A stretch of 64,000 bases of DNA from Haplodiscus bocki (GCA_965655095.1 CBFHFQ010000029.1:62001-126000); one strand, 5' to 3'; counted from the first letter of the stretch, positions 37,268 through 52,300 are shown. Notes: generated by a model not told the origin, from the letters alone. Numbers and translations are program-made.

Positions 37268-40200
37268 CTGAAACAAATCCGAACAACTTATTTCTGAAAG
37301 TAGCTAATCACAACCGGAAGCAATATTTCCGTCAGAAGTCAAAAACATTCAAGCGATTTCTTGGACACCTTTCTGGTGATGGTTTATGATTTAAAAGCTT
37401 TCAGCAGAATTGTCGTTCGAAAGAGATTGAGTCAGAAAACACTGACAAAAAACGTGCTAAGTGATTTGAGAGCCACTGTTTGACGCCATCCTTTAATTGT
37501 GAACTCTAATTTGAAGCTCTTATAATTATCATGCATCAAGAGCAATCGTTAGCATATACACCAAAGGCATGTCCAAACTAACAGATCAGATCAAATGGAT
37601 TCCCAGAAGCTTCCTCTCAAAAATTCAGCAATCGCAATTGATGTTATTCTTGGAACCTTACAGGAGTGTACATCTCAACTTGTAACATATCAAGTTTGCT
37701 GACTTAGAAGAACTTTGCCCTTGAGAGGACATTAAGTCTTCTCTGAAGCTTCATCTCAAGAACAGCTCATCCTGCCTTCAAAAAATGACGCAAGTTAATT
37801 TGTCAGCTTTTCCATGTGTCACAGTAAAACCGCTTGTGGGCCGAAATACTAGTCGTTGATTGTTAACATTGGCCTCTTTTTTAAATGCAACACTACCTGC
37901 GCCGCTTCCACTTTATATAGTTATCTCAGAAATCTAACAATATGGATGTTTGCTTGGAGTTTTCAAGAAAATAAGTCTGGAGTTATTTTTTATTGAACTC
38001 AGGTGAACATTGGCACACAACAGATGCGTGATTCATTTTTGATTCAAATTCAATGAAGACCTTGTTTTATTAGAGCTGATGAAGCTTTGCAGTTGTTTAC
38101 TCCCAGTGAAACACATTTTGGTAGACTTGCCAAGAAACATGGATATGTCTACCAAGATCTTACCATGGCTATCATGATCATGCACGGTCATTGCAAGGCT
38201 GGCAAGCGTCTTGCCAAACCTTCTAAATTACTTCCATTGGTCTTGCCAAGTCTTAAATTACTATATGGAAGACAACTATTCACAATACTTGTATTTTTCT
38301 CAGAAGAATTTAAATACAGCATTTCAAAATAATGTTAGGGCTGCATCCTAAAAAATTGGTAATTTTTAAGTTGAGCCAATAGCCCCTCAGCAGTCTCTAT
38401 TTAAGTTTATGTTAACATCATAGATGTTGAAAGATTTCTAGAGACTTCTACAAAATGTATTACATCCGACGCCAACTTGAAGAAGAAGTCTGTTTATCTT
38501 TTTTCGTAGGTTTGGTTCATCAACCTAAGTTCTTAATAGGAAATTGCTGAAAGTTTCAAGTTCGTTTTTTGGAATTTGCAGTTTTTATTGTTCTTAATCC
38601 GTTCTGCAATGTTAATGGTGACACGTCGACCTTGTGTTGAAAATGGTTGAACTACTTTAAACGAGTATGAATTGAAACATTGCAAAATTTTTAATTTAAC
38701 TTTCTCCTACAACGTCATTGCTTGAATTAAGATAACGGTAGGCCTGACAGTGACAGAAAAAATGAACAAGTCGACTTGTTTGTCTTCAGAAGTTTGAATG
38801 CTGTGCTAAAGTTTGGCGGCTTCTCTTTCCGAGCAAAGATTTTCAGTGAGAAAGCAATGAGAATCGTTTCCGGAGAAATTAGTCTGACTGAGTAAAGTGG
38901 AAGCTACAATTTTTTGAGACAACATCATTTATCAGAAGCAATAACATTTGTTTTAAAACGATCTTTATTCACAAAATTTATGATATTTAGAAAACTAATT
39001 AGTAGGGAAGGTACATCTCTAAACCAAATTGAACGGTTAAAGTTTCGTGGGTTCGTGTGGTACCGGTTTTCCGCTCCGATTTATCCTTCGGACGTTTCTC
39101 CACACACGTCAAAAACCTGTAGCTTCGCCATGGCTGGCGGTTTCCAATTCAGTTCGGTCAGCCAAAGAGAACAAAATTTTTCAACTTGCCGAAGGATCGG
39201 TTCGGTCAGCTGTTTATTCTGCTCGTTCAATGATCGAGCAGTAACCTCAGAGAAAGAAAAAGCGTTCCCTACCGAGGCCATGTCCAGTTCTTGCCGTTGT
39301 CTTAGCCCGATGGTGTTGGACGAACTAGCGAGAGTTTGTGCACTGTTTTAGATTCCGCTTTAAACTAGCTAAGGGAAAAGTGGCGTTTACGTTAATATTT
39401 GAATTTTGTGTGTTGAGGCTAAGGTATATATAAGGTCAGTGTAATATTTCAAAGCTCTGGTTGAAGATGATTTAACAGAATTGGATGTCCAAGTATTGCA
39501 GTGACTGCGGCAAGATTAGAACAAATTTCTAAGTTCTGTTCGTTTTTAAAGTAAGCAGAAGGTATGATAAGGCTAGTAGCGGTAAGGTACTGTGGCCTAA
39601 CTGCAGACGCATTTAGGTCATGTGACGGTTTCTATTCTTCTCAGTGGACCTCAATTTGACACGTGTACTTCATATCATGAGCTAGCACCAATTATTCTTA
39701 TAAATAACTTATTTCTATGATAGCACGTTTTATTAAAGTTAAACTATATTATCTCATTGAAGGCGTGATTTAATTAAGGCCTTGATAATTTCAATATATT
39801 TTTTTCCTTTATTTTGTGCACTGGGTAGCACCATTGGTAATTCACTTGTGTGACTGTAGTTAGCTTGCATATTTTTTAATCTAATCGATTTCAATTATTC
39901 CGCGCCGATTGAAAAAATACACGATCTAAGGCTCTCGTTATCATTAGAGCACTGTGGAATGGTTCCAACGCATACTTGATTAAATTGCAGTAAAGTGAGC
40001 TCTTTTGGAGATCACTCTTAGAATGGAGCTGCTGCTGCGGTGCAAAACTGTCATTCGAGAGTGAGGTGTGGTTTGGCTCGCTCTCGATGATCAAGGTTAA
40101 TGGTGTTCGATCTAACTACTTTTTGGATCACATGCCCTACGGTTCTTTCTAAACAATGAACGTTATGATGGCTAGGTGAAACAGCTCCTCAAAATCAGAT

Positions 40201-43200
40201 GTATAGTGGCTCACTCTAAACAATGATTATCACGGCCGTCTCTTTTAACTGCTCTGAAGTGATGCGAGCTATGGCTCAATCTGAATTGATGGTTCAGGGT
40301 TAAGTAAGCGTACTGCGTTCAGAGTGAGGTGTAACACTGCTGACTTCACCTAATCAAAAAGATGATGCCTGGTTTAGCTGCGGGGAAGTGAGTTGTGGTG
40401 TAGCTCGTTTCGAAATGGTTTTTTAATTTGTATGAATTTTATTACTTTATTACTACATTATTTAATTTAATTTGATTATTATTAATCGTATTGATACCTT
40501 CGGGCAATGACTCAAACCCAAGATACATGGAGAGACTTTTCAGTGAAGGTATTGAAATTGAGTGTAGCGAAAAGTACCTGAAAACGTATATCCAATTGCA
40601 TGATGTTTTCTCGGGTAAAATAAGAGTTCAGTTTGTTCATGTTAGGGATTGGCTGGCTTTGTCGAGTATCAATCGGACTTTCGCATTGTAAAGCGTCTCC
40701 AATGGTGTATGCACACTTTGAGTAACTGCCGGTTTGAAAACGCACCACGAGTGAATGTGGACATCGCTGTTGGAAAAATCGGAAAAATGTTTTTCTCAGA
40801 GAGAAAACATATACGAAAGGGAACTATTCGAGTTCCAATTTCTACTTTGAAGAGTAAACGTCAGATTTTTTCGCACTTCTTGAAATTTTGAAATCTTTTT
40901 CAGTTTGAAAAAGTGAGATCAAAGGAAACTTTGGACGTACCTTTCGGAAAGTCGTCTAGGAAAGTGCAAGAATCTACAAAAAATTTTTGGTTTGGCGGCA
41001 AATCAATCAGTTTTTCCTCACAAAGAGAGTATTTTCGGAAGTAATTCAAGTAATCAGAGCAACATTATAGAATTGATAACTAGGGTATGAAGATGATTGT
41101 TTTTTTGGATTATACTCAGAGTCACATTGGCTGTGTCTTGAGAAAAATGTACCTTCTTCAGAAATAAACAACGTCGGTCAGGGGAGACTTTTAAATCAAA
41201 AAAGTAGTATTGCTGATTTTGAAACATTCATTTCGGTGGTTGGACTTGTTTCCAAAACTTATCAGTGGTTTCGTGATGGACCCGTTTTTTTATTGATAGC
41301 GTGGGAGTTTTAATTTCAGTCTACCGTATGAGGACGATACGCGAATGTGGGGAGAAAACCAAGTTGAGTAAAACTATTTGTTTATTCGAAAGCCAATGCT
41401 CAAATGGATTCATCTGACTAGATCTATTTTCACAGCTTTAGTTCCCTATTTTGAGTATCTGGTTTTGCTGGATCACCTCGTTCATTGATCTCTGCCTGAC
41501 AAAAAGAGCAAAAGTTTTCGTTATTTCTGGATGTTGAAACTCACGTTCCCACAGAACTACACATGGTGCAATTCTTTCATCAGATTCTCGTTCAACATCC
41601 TGTTACTTGAAGAGGGCTTTTTGATACAAAAACTATTTTTTTTGCCTGGCTATTCTAACAGGCCGAAAAAGCCAAATATGCTGTTTATATTTACAGGTCA
41701 TGGTTTTCAAACTCATGTTTCTTCAAAACAACCGGCCTGACTCCGTGCACCAAAGGCTCAATCGACAACCTTTCATTTAAAGAAGACCAATAACTTAAAA
41801 ATATTCATTACTGGTCTTACCTTGGATTCGTGATAGGGCAAAAACAGCAAAATTTGCCATTTTTTTGACATTCAATGATACTCAAATTCCTTTTTCCCAA
41901 TAAGTGTTGCCTTGAAATCGTCCATCAAGATCTCAATCAGCAGATTGTACTTGTGGGGCACTAAAACAAGGAAAATCATTAAGTGTATTTCCCTGAACCT
42001 TCATCTTTAGAAAATGCAAAATTTTTTCAGATACTGACATTTTTCGACTGTCTTTTTCATGTTTATTTAACACAACATGCTTCACATCTCCTATATTGGT
42101 CTCAATCACTAAGCATTTACTCGAAGGGCATTTTTCAAAATGTAATCGAATTAAAGCTAGCCTGTTGAAAACGAGTCGGAGCCCCTTCGGAAACCTATTT
42201 CGGAACCTTCATAGTCAATTTTTTTGCTTCCGTTTCAAACTCATTTTTTCAATCAAAACTCAGGACTTTACCATACATAACACGATGTTTCTTATGATTG
42301 CTGCAGAACGCAAAAATATGACCCCAAAATACCACCTAGTATTTATTGGTTGAGGCCTTATATCTTCGCAATGGTTGTCGTTGAGAAAGGAATTTCAAAA
42401 ACTGTCCGATTTTTTAGGGCACTTTGACTATATTTTTCATGTTATAGGAACTTGAAAAGTCACATTTTTCGGTTGTTTCAAAAATTTCTATTGGGTTTAG
42501 TTTTTCTTGGGACCCGGTTCCTCAATTTACTCTAAAAATGAGAAAACATTACATGAAAACTCATTTTTTCTGAATCTTAGCTTTAATTTCAGTCACGTAG
42601 TGTTTTGTTTTGATACTTTCTCCTCGAACGGAGCCTGGTTATCGAGTTTATTTCATCATTTCCCGTCATATTTTAGTCCTTTGCACTATGAGCAGGTCCC
42701 CGAAGGTCCATTCTTAGTTTATCATGGCATTAGAACAAAGACGTGAATTGTTATTGGATTACATTTTGTTGCTGATAGAGAGTTAATCTCTGGCCTTTCT
42801 TACGAAAGAATCCTAAAAAATATAGTTTTTTTACTAAACCGAGATATATTTCAATTTGAATTCTTCCATTTTAGCACCTGAGTCTTCAACTGATTTGATT
42901 TCTGTATAACCTTAATAGAAGGCCGCCATTTATGAGAGGGCAGCTTTTCGTTCCAGTGTCAATGTTTCTCAATTATCGATGTTTCGTTTATGTGAAGAAA
43001 AAATGAAAACCAAACTTTTCTGAAATTGTTTTTGTCGAAACGAAGTCCAATGAAGCGGAGGTAGTTCCAGAAAGAATCAATTATTTGCAAAGGTGTAGTG
43101 GAAAATCTCAGTTAACTGTGTCTTACAGTTGGGCTGCGGTCACAATTTAAATGCTTTTTCGATTGCTTTTTGACGAGAAAAGCTTGATAATCGAGGTAAT

Positions 43201-44251
43201 TTCAGTATTTGGGGAATCGTTTTTACAAGTATTTCTTCAAACATAAACCTGAATTTGGCCCGATTTTTCCACTGACAGAGCAAAGAATCTCCAGTCTCTT
43301 ATCAACTAACTTGTTGTTGAGGCCAGAAAATTTTATGCTAAATTCTTTGACGAGTGATTGCGATGATTTTTGTAACAATTCAAACTTGCGGTGGAGTTAC
43401 GCCTTAAAATTTTGGAAACTTTTTATTTTAGCATCAAATGTCTCCAAGTTGTAACTCGTTTCTTGGGTTGAGGTGATATCGGTTTTAATCCATTTATGTG
43501 ATAATCCATTCCATTTTTTTTCTAATATTCTTCTGCGTCATTACACCGTTCAGGAAAATTTGCCACAACTTAATCGTGTCCTAATTGTAATGAAAAACAT
43601 TACATGCTAGAAATCGACCAACAAAATTGTGATTGAATTTTTCTGAAAAAGTCTAAATTGACAACTTTCCATTTAGTCAAAAGTTTTAAAATAAATAGTA
43701 ATATGTTCGATCAATCTTTTCAACACATTTTCGATGGAAGGTATTGCTCTGTTACTGAGCCTTTTGTTTGCTTGTGGAAAGCAGTTGTCATATGAGTTTC
43801 AGGTACTTTGAACCTTCTGGTGTTTTTGATTATTGGGATTGTAAGTTAGTGCGTGGAGATTAAAGGAAAATACACCGGAAAATTTTTCTCGTCAAAAAAA
43901 CAATAATGAGGTTGGCTCAGCTCTATTGGACATTACAACTGGTTTGATTTTGTGTAAAGTGGCTGATTTTCCAGTAATATTTGATATTTTACCTAATTGC
44001 AAAAGGTTTTAGGGATTGAACGATACGAAAGGAGATTTTCCTACTCTGCGTGATTTTGTTTTAGCTTCAGATATTGCGTATTCAGGTTTGATTTTCTCAG
44101 TTTGTTGAGTAGTTCGAAATGGAACATCAGAATTCAAAAACTGAAATGAATGCAGAAAAGACAAAAAAACAAAATCATTAGATTCCTCGAGAAAAGTGTC
44201 TGCAAAATTTGAATTTTTTTCTTCCAAAGAAATGGAGATACTTGCACCGAT

Positions 44252-44253
<2 letters not shown>

Positions 44254-44288
<35 letters not shown>
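44254..44288. repeat. (AG)n microsatellite
   Basis: About 17 units, directly visible. Confidence 0.95.
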
Positions 44289-44292
<4 letters not shown>

Positions 44293-47200
44293 AGGGAGAG
44301 GAAAGGTAGAATTTTTCAGATGAAGTGTTGATTTATCTAGAGAGAAGTGATAGGGAAGTTTTCAGAGGTTTTAATTTTAGCTTATTATTATTCTAGTCTG
44401 CAGAAGTGAATTTGGGAGTATTACCATTTGACAGAAGAAGAAATTATCATCGGTGGTGAGACTTTTCTAGAGTAATGAACAGTCTTCCTCAAATTCTTAA
44501 TAGAATTTCAAAGAGTGCTCTGAGAAGACAGCCTGTTTTGATATTTTCCGATTTCAAGTTGTCAGTTTTGTACTGATTGATAGGCTCAGTAGAATAGAAC
44601 CACTTTTCTGGAATTACCAAATTATTTCGATCTGTGTCAGTCAAAAAGTCTTTAAGAGTTTCGCGATTCTCATGAACTGAAGAACATTCCAGCAGTAAAT
44701 CGGAGCTTCAGTCGTTCTTTCTGTTTCTCCAGCCACCTTAATTCGTCAGTTCAACAGGATTTTCAGGAAATGAATCAAATTTGAAAAATTTTCTTGTTTC
44801 GTTTTTTTTTGGAGTTTTCCAGGCTCAAAATCTCGCGCATCACTGTCAATGCTTGGGGGTTGTTGAGTCCATATTTCCTGCAGCTAAAGAACCACTGATT
44901 GTGATGTTTTCATGGAGTTGGTTTTGATTTTTGATCGATTTGTAAGGTTTCAGACCGAAATTTTTTATACATTTTTTTTCGAATATGACCTGAATGCCAA
45001 AATAAAGGCATAGGAAAACCAAATAACGAAGCTTTTTGCAGAAGAAGGTAATAAAGACCGACTTCTAAAACCTCACATATTTTATACCATAGTTCTTAAC
45101 TAGAGTACCAGCGACCTGATTGATTATCAGCACCGCCTAAAGAGTCCTGAAGCATAGTGGTTTCACCAGAAATTTCGCTGTAGTAATAAAGTCATTTTAT
45201 AACAAAAACGAAATTCCAGAAAATTACTAAGTCAGCATAAGTATAAATTCGGCAACTTCTGCTGTGAACACAATTCGATATATAGCACTTTGAATTTTTT
45301 TTGCTTCAAACAATTGTCAGGTGACCCACGGAACATGTTTAGGAGTAACAGTGTAGTGCTTTTTATTGAACGAAATGAGTTGATTCACGTCTATCACAAT
45401 TTTCTCCCAGGAAATGAGGGCATTATAATTGAATGCAACACTTGTGATGTCTTCAATATACCTTATCGGAAACACGATTGCCATTTTACATTTATCTGCA
45501 AAGCATTCATCAGTTTCATTCAATGGAGTGAGATAATGACGACAATAAAAGAGGCAAGCAGTAAAATTGTTGAGGAGAGGAATTGAGTTTTATGTCCGGG
45601 TTTAAAAAAGCAGCTAAATGTCGGTTCTGGATAGACCTTGCAAGTAAAATTAGACGTTGAGTTCCTTCAAATTCACAGATCTGAAAAAAGTATTAGTTCT
45701 CGAGGATACCTTGTTTTGAGATCACAATTACGAGAATAATCAACCTTTGATTTCATCTCATCATCGTTCTTTACACTGCTGAGACCGTTAAAATTTTCTC
45801 AAGTGGAATCATGATTCATGCTGATGGATCGTGAACTATAACAGAAGTCCTTCAACTTTACGATGTTACCGTTTTTTAAGTGGAGCTAAAAATTTTCTCT
45901 CCAGTGAGCGTATTACAGTATTACAATCTAACAAAGCATCAAAATTATGAGCATAACGCGAAAAAGATATTGGTTTTTCACGTAACGCTCACAAAAACGG
46001 AGCCATTGAAGTCGTGATAAGTTTGATTTGTCATTGTTGACTGAAAATTGGCGTGAGAAGTTGAATAGGAATTCTTCTTTTCATCAGTTTTCTAGAACAT
46101 AATCCTGTTTTGCTGAGCGAAAGGTCAGCTTCAAGCCAATATTGAGATTCTAGCTCTGATAGTTAACCAGAAAAAGTTGACACTAAAAACTGATTATTGC
46201 CGAAAACCAGATGAGGGTGTATGGAAAATCAACTGCAGAACTACAGTAACATCTGAGTGTAAAGTTGACAGGGTTCATTCTTCAAAAATCAGCCTTACGT
46301 GTTTATCATCTTAATTAACGAAAACTCATTCAGACGTGCAGGCCAATTATCTCCATCAATGAGACACTCATTAGTATCGTAAGGTCCGCTTATCCAACGA
46401 GGTTGAAGAGATTGAAAGTTGAAAACAGGGAGATGAACAATGTTCAATTTAATTACGGTCAAGAGGGATTGTTGTTTCTCAATAGCCATTTGAAAATTTG
46501 GGTGCACGAAGAAAACAAAGGATCCTTCACAAGAAAATTGATTCAATCCATGTCTATTAGTTCCATTTAACTTTCTGGTTATGTTTCCTATTTTCGTATT
46601 GTCAAGTTGTTTTGATTGAAACTTAGAAATGGTAAGTCATTCAAACTACCATGGTGCTTTTAATATGGTTCCTCTTCATAAGGGCAGAAATTTGGGAAAA
46701 AGTTGAACTGGTACGGAACAACGAAGAATTTTTACTGCTTTTGCCCGAGTGCAAAAAAGACAGATGAAAAACAGCAAGTGTTTTTCAAGTCGGAGGGATT
46801 TTGCGTGCCCCTCTTTTTTGGAGTCAGTAAAAATTGTTCTATATGCGTGTCTTGGACCAATTGCAGTCGGAAGATACAATTTTTGTAATTCATGGATCAT
46901 ATGGTTGATTCAGATTCCCGATGGAAATGATTTACTCTTTTTGAATATGTGGTAAAAAAATGAAAATTTTCTCAAATACTTCGAAGATTAGAGACTACAG
47001 AGTAGTTTGAGGTACAATTCAATGCATTTGAGTAGTTGCAGTGTGATAGATGCAACAGTGATGAAATAAAGGTTTTTCACTATTGAATGTAAAATGCTGG
47101 ATGAGTAGTCGGGGAATGAGGAAGTGAGCAGATCATATGGCGGAGTGAAAAACCTCCAAGTTTCCAGATGTACTATGTATAGCGTTCAAGGGCTCCAAGG

Positions 47201-47918
47201 TGCTCAAAAACTAAACTAAAGCCAAAAAAAATTGTTTTACGTCTCCCAGGTTGGTATGTGACGGCTAAGTATTAGTCTAATATTTGGACAAAAATGGGAT
47301 ACCGGCAACATACACAAAACTCGAGTTATTGTATAAAGATTTGTCTTTTTCGGCAAAACACAAATCAAGGTCTAGAAGTACAAAGAGGTTTTTAACAACG
47401 TCTCAAAAATTGCAATTGGTATCGGTGATGTTTAAAATTGAGGAGGGCAGTTTTAATAGATTTTATGGAAAGTAGCAAATTGCTACCAAAAGTTGTGTAA
47501 AAAAACGAGTCACTAAAAAGATTCGAACTTCCGTGGGTGGAAAATCCATGCAATGCGTTATATTTTATCACGTCTATGGATAACTTAATTCGCCCGCAGT
47601 TTAATTAATAGGCCTGTGGCTAATTATAGCAACTGCTTTGAATTGAATTTATGTAAAACAGTTGATTTAACTTTTGAAAAATTTGTGAGGGAGCACACAC
47701 AACAACGAATGCATAGTTTACCTTGCTGATCCACATAGAACTAATTGATTGAATTATCGGGCTCATATTCAAAAGCTTGATTGAAATAAAAGCATAAATT
47801 GTAATTGAAATTACGTTACGAAGCTTACATCTTCATTGAAGTCAACATTTTTAAAAACAAATCTGACTTCCTAGTTTTTATTAACAAGACTTTGGATATT
47901 CTTGGGTTTTGTGACGAG

Positions 47919-48515
47919 AATAATAAACATGTATGCGGTGTTGCGGTAACACGGACAGTAACGCGCAAAACATAACACACGAGATTGAAAATGAACACCA
48001 TGTCGACATAACACATACACAAGACTGAAAAAAATTACGTCGACATACACATACAAGGGACTGAGAAAAATTATGTCAACATAACAGAATATGTGTATTT
48101 ATTCTAGTCTCTCTCTTTTTATTTCGTCTCCGTATAACCTAGTGGTATTTGTGACATTGAATAAAGTTAAGGCTGTGCTTACATAGTCGTAGTGTGTTGT
48201 GGTTCACTACTATCCAACGTCCCACTGTCTATGTCGTCATCAAGCACAAAAGCTATATGGAGTAACTGTCCATGTCTTGAAGCTTGAAAAAGTAGAATTG
48301 ATCGATGGGGTATCCACCAGGAATGCTCACTCGATAGGCAGCCGAAAAGCTAGACCCAAAAGTTGACCAGTGGATATTTTTTGTCCTAAACGAAAACACG
48401 ATTTCTCAGAAATATGTACTGCTAGCTTCACTGGTATGATGAATGGTACTTAGTTTTTTAAAGATATCTCCATAATTATACTATTATTTGTATACGAATT
48501 CGTGTATTTATACTT
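47919..48515 (+). repeat. Polinton left TIR
   Basis: Reverse complement of ~62954-63623, with substitutions and indels. Confidence 0.93.
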
Positions 48516-49399
48516 ATTTGTACAAGTATTTGATTGGGTGTGCATAAACAAGAACTGAGGAATTTATGTCGACATAATAGAAAATGTATATTTCTTTTTG
48601 ATAGACTTGAAACAATTTTAAGTTGTCTTTTATATGAAATTGAACTTTTATAATAAATAAAATGGATGAAGAGTTACAAAAAGCCAATAATATTATCAAA
48701 AAAAATTTGGTTAACCAAGATATGATATAGTCAATTTTTTAGATAAAATTGAAAATAAATATTTAATGATTGAAATAAATGATGATCATTCACCATCAAT
48801 TGTTTTGTATCACAGTGATAAAAATGATGATAATGTAGAAGAAATATAAGAAACTTGTCATTTTGGCAATCAATTTGGTGTTTCACTTGATAAAAATGTT
48901 ACCTGTATCGATTTGTCTTCATATTTCATTGGTGAAGATGAATCAAATTCATCCACATTTGGATGCATGAGTAGATAAATTATAAAAAAGCGTAGAATTT
49001 TCTGACATGGGAAATGAATTTGAGATAGTATTTTAAAAAAAGTGACGATGTATTTTTGGTAATTGTAATTTGAGATAATAATGTATACATATATGAGATA
49101 GATTATTATAAATTTTTATCTGAAATTTATATACTTGATTAAACATAAAACCTCTTTGTCGAGCAAATGTTATTTGTTTATTTTATTCATGCTTTTACCG
49201 CTAATTGTCAAATTAGTTATTTCAAAATTAGTGATATTTGTAAGATTAAAATCATATACACATATATGATCAAATGTTTGAATTTTTTATTAAAACACTC
49301 TCTAATACAATTAACAAATTCATATTCGTGTTCGCATTTTTATACTTACTTTTCACGTTGGTTTCTCATATTCTCATTACGACAAGCTCTATAAAAAGT

Positions 49400-52300
49400 T
49401 TTGTTTTTAATATAGTTATCAGGGTTTTTTTCTGTTTCACATTTATTACATTTTTTGATTTCCTTTTGAACAGGTTTTTCTATAATTACATTGTCTTCTG
49501 TTTTATAATAAGGGAGCATATAAGCAAATTCGTTTTCAGGTTGCCGTTTTAATTTGTTGATTTCTACTGAATATGCTCCTAAACGAGTTATTTTACTTAA
49601 ACAATCTTGACAACTTTTGCTTATTTAACAATTGAAACAATTCATTTCTGTTTTTATTACACAATCAACACATTTTTTTGTTTTCATCACAATTTTTACA
49701 ACCAACTTTACGATGTGGTATGTTAATACCGGCAAATCCACAATTCCATTTCAGTTTTGATACATTTTTAAGTTTTTTAGTTTGTTCCAGATCAAGAAAG
49801 TCTTTAAAAGTTATATTTTTGAGGTTTTGGTTGAATCCTTTGAAAGTTGTCTTTTGATATAATATCCCGCATTCAATATTAACAATGCATCAATTTTGGA
49901 GCTAGAAACAACCCGTACACGATTCCTGCGTTTTCACCATATACGTTCTTAGATTGAAAAAGGTTTTTGCCAACTAATCTTTTATCCTTAAGCAGCATAT
50001 CATAGTCGTTTATATGTATACATACACTAACGGTGTCCGCAGAAATTTTTAAATCCGTCTAGGGCTAAAATACCATCATTCAATATTCTTCTCGCATGCG
50101 GTAAAATGAGAGATCCAAATTTAAATGGTTGACTATTGATTTTTTCACAAATACTGTTGTCGTCTACACCATCATGATCTTTAACGTTTACCGAATGATT
50201 ACCGTTTTTGAGGGTGATAATTTCTTTAACTCTATCATCATATTTTGTTTTCATCCACGCCTCTCACACAGATTTTAAAACTTCGTGAATATCTCATCTG
50301 ATACATCTACCATATACGCCGTTTGACATTTTTTTACATAAATCTTACAAGATAGCTTTAATCTGTACTTTATCTTCGTTTCCTTTTGCTGTCATATCTA
50401 GAACGAACTCTTCAAAAGGATTGTAATCGAGATGATCACAAATAAAATGTTCAAAAATCCCTGAACAATGCCACCTCTTCTAACAACTTGTTCAATATCA
50501 ACACTAGTTAGATGTTATGTAATATCTCCATTTCGAAATAGGTTAACACATTCACATTTGTTTTTGCTTTCATTGTAGACGTCTTCTTCAATAGTCATAT
50601 GTTGTAGAATCAAGTTTTCGGGATTATAGTATTTGGCTCTAAAGAATCCCGTTTTAGTTAAAAGAGTTCATTCGCCAGTGTTGAACAATTCACAAAATAC
50701 TTCACTATCTTCTGGAGTTTTTGCTTTTGCTGTTTCTATCGCGGGCCACATCGAATCAAGATGAGCTATTGCCGAAGGATATAGACTATTATAATCGTCA
50801 TTATTCAGGGGGTCTGATTTATCGATTTTGTTTAGTTATTTCGAAATTGGCAGGCTAGATAATTTGCTCGTTATAGTTTTCAAAATGATCTTTGTTTACT
50901 GTTCTATAGTCATCGAATTTTTTTTCATGTTTTTTGGTGCAAAGTTTCTTAATCTTATCGATTTCACCAAAGTATATCTCGAATAATGTTGATATTTCGT
51001 GTTTTTTACCAAAATACTTTTTTAGAATGTTAACAATTTGTTTGAATGAGGTTGACACAAATTTACGCTTTAGAGCAATAACTCTACCCCCATGCACGGT
51101 TTTATGAATGAAATCTCGAACAAATTTTTTTTTGGCGTTCAGAACTTTTTCTCAGATTTTTTAACATATATTCTTATACAAGACCACGCTAGAGTTGATT
51201 CTGTATTTGAGTTTTTAAACGAGACGCCCGTTAATTTTTGAAATTCATTTCCATGTTTCGCTACTACTGCAACCAATCCTAACACATCATCAATGAGATA
51301 TGGTTTCCATAATTTTTCTTGTTCTTTGTAATTTGATAAAATTATTAGAATATGATCGATTTCACCTTTAATTAGTTTTTGTTGAAAGTTGTATTCTTTT
51401 TGAATTTTCTATAAAGATCCTGAGATATGTACATTTGAACAAACGAATTTCATGTATTGCGGTTTTTCTTTATCATTTTCATAAACAGTTCCAAATCTAA
51501 AGCTTAATTTTCAAAATCTTCGAGACGTTTTTTTGATTTTCGTGTTTTTGTTTGTATTTTTTTTGGTGGTGAATTAAGAACAATAGCATTAGAAAAAACC
51601 ACTAGCGCTGTGACCGAATAGTTGATATCTATAAGAGGATATTTCGAAATCGCTGTTCTTATTTTTGGAAAAATTTGGCTTGCCTTTATAGTTTGTGGTT
51701 ATAAATTTAATCATATTCAGAACAGGGTTGTTGTTAACGCGATAGAAAATATGAACATGTTGTCTTTCAATTTCTATTTCTTTTTCTATCAACTCACCGT
51801 TGTAACAATCTTTTAAACGATCTAGGTGATAACAACCAGCCGCATACGCTTCACAAAATTCTTGATAAGGCACGTTAACAGTTTCAAGATCGAAAAAAAA
51901 TACCGCAAACAAACAATCTTTTCCGTTAGACTAAGGAAATTTATATTCAACAACCTGTTTTAGAAGGTTATCAGAAATATGATTGGGTTCAAAATAAAAA
52001 TTGTTTTCTTTTTCTTTGATTGCGTCTGAGAAAGTTGTTTTAACTGTTTTCCAAATCGCACCAAAATGATTTCATGGATATATAAACATGCTCTTCGTTC
52101 TTTTAGAGAAAGTGGTAGACTTCTTCTTTGTTTTGGATCATAGACATCTAGGTCAACATTGGGTTTTTTACAGAAAGGCTGTTTTTTAGCCCTCGTCATT
52201 ATGTCTTTATTTCTTTAAGATTTTTTGATAAAGTCACGATATTGTTGAGAGAAATCTTTTTTGTATTGAAAGTCTAAACATTTTCTGAAACATTTGTTTT

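Noticed and set aside
39040-40400. Possible third ORF-bearing solo LTR or upstream Kelch exon (ORF 39081-39281)
   Set aside because: No TG...CA ends with TSD, and no Kelch/BTB motif or phase-compatible splice sites could be established.
41000-45100. Possible decayed LTR-retrotransposon pol on the minus strand (TFAYRPH-like piece near 41340)
   Set aside because: Too few recognisable motifs to support by eye; needs a frameshift-aware profile search.
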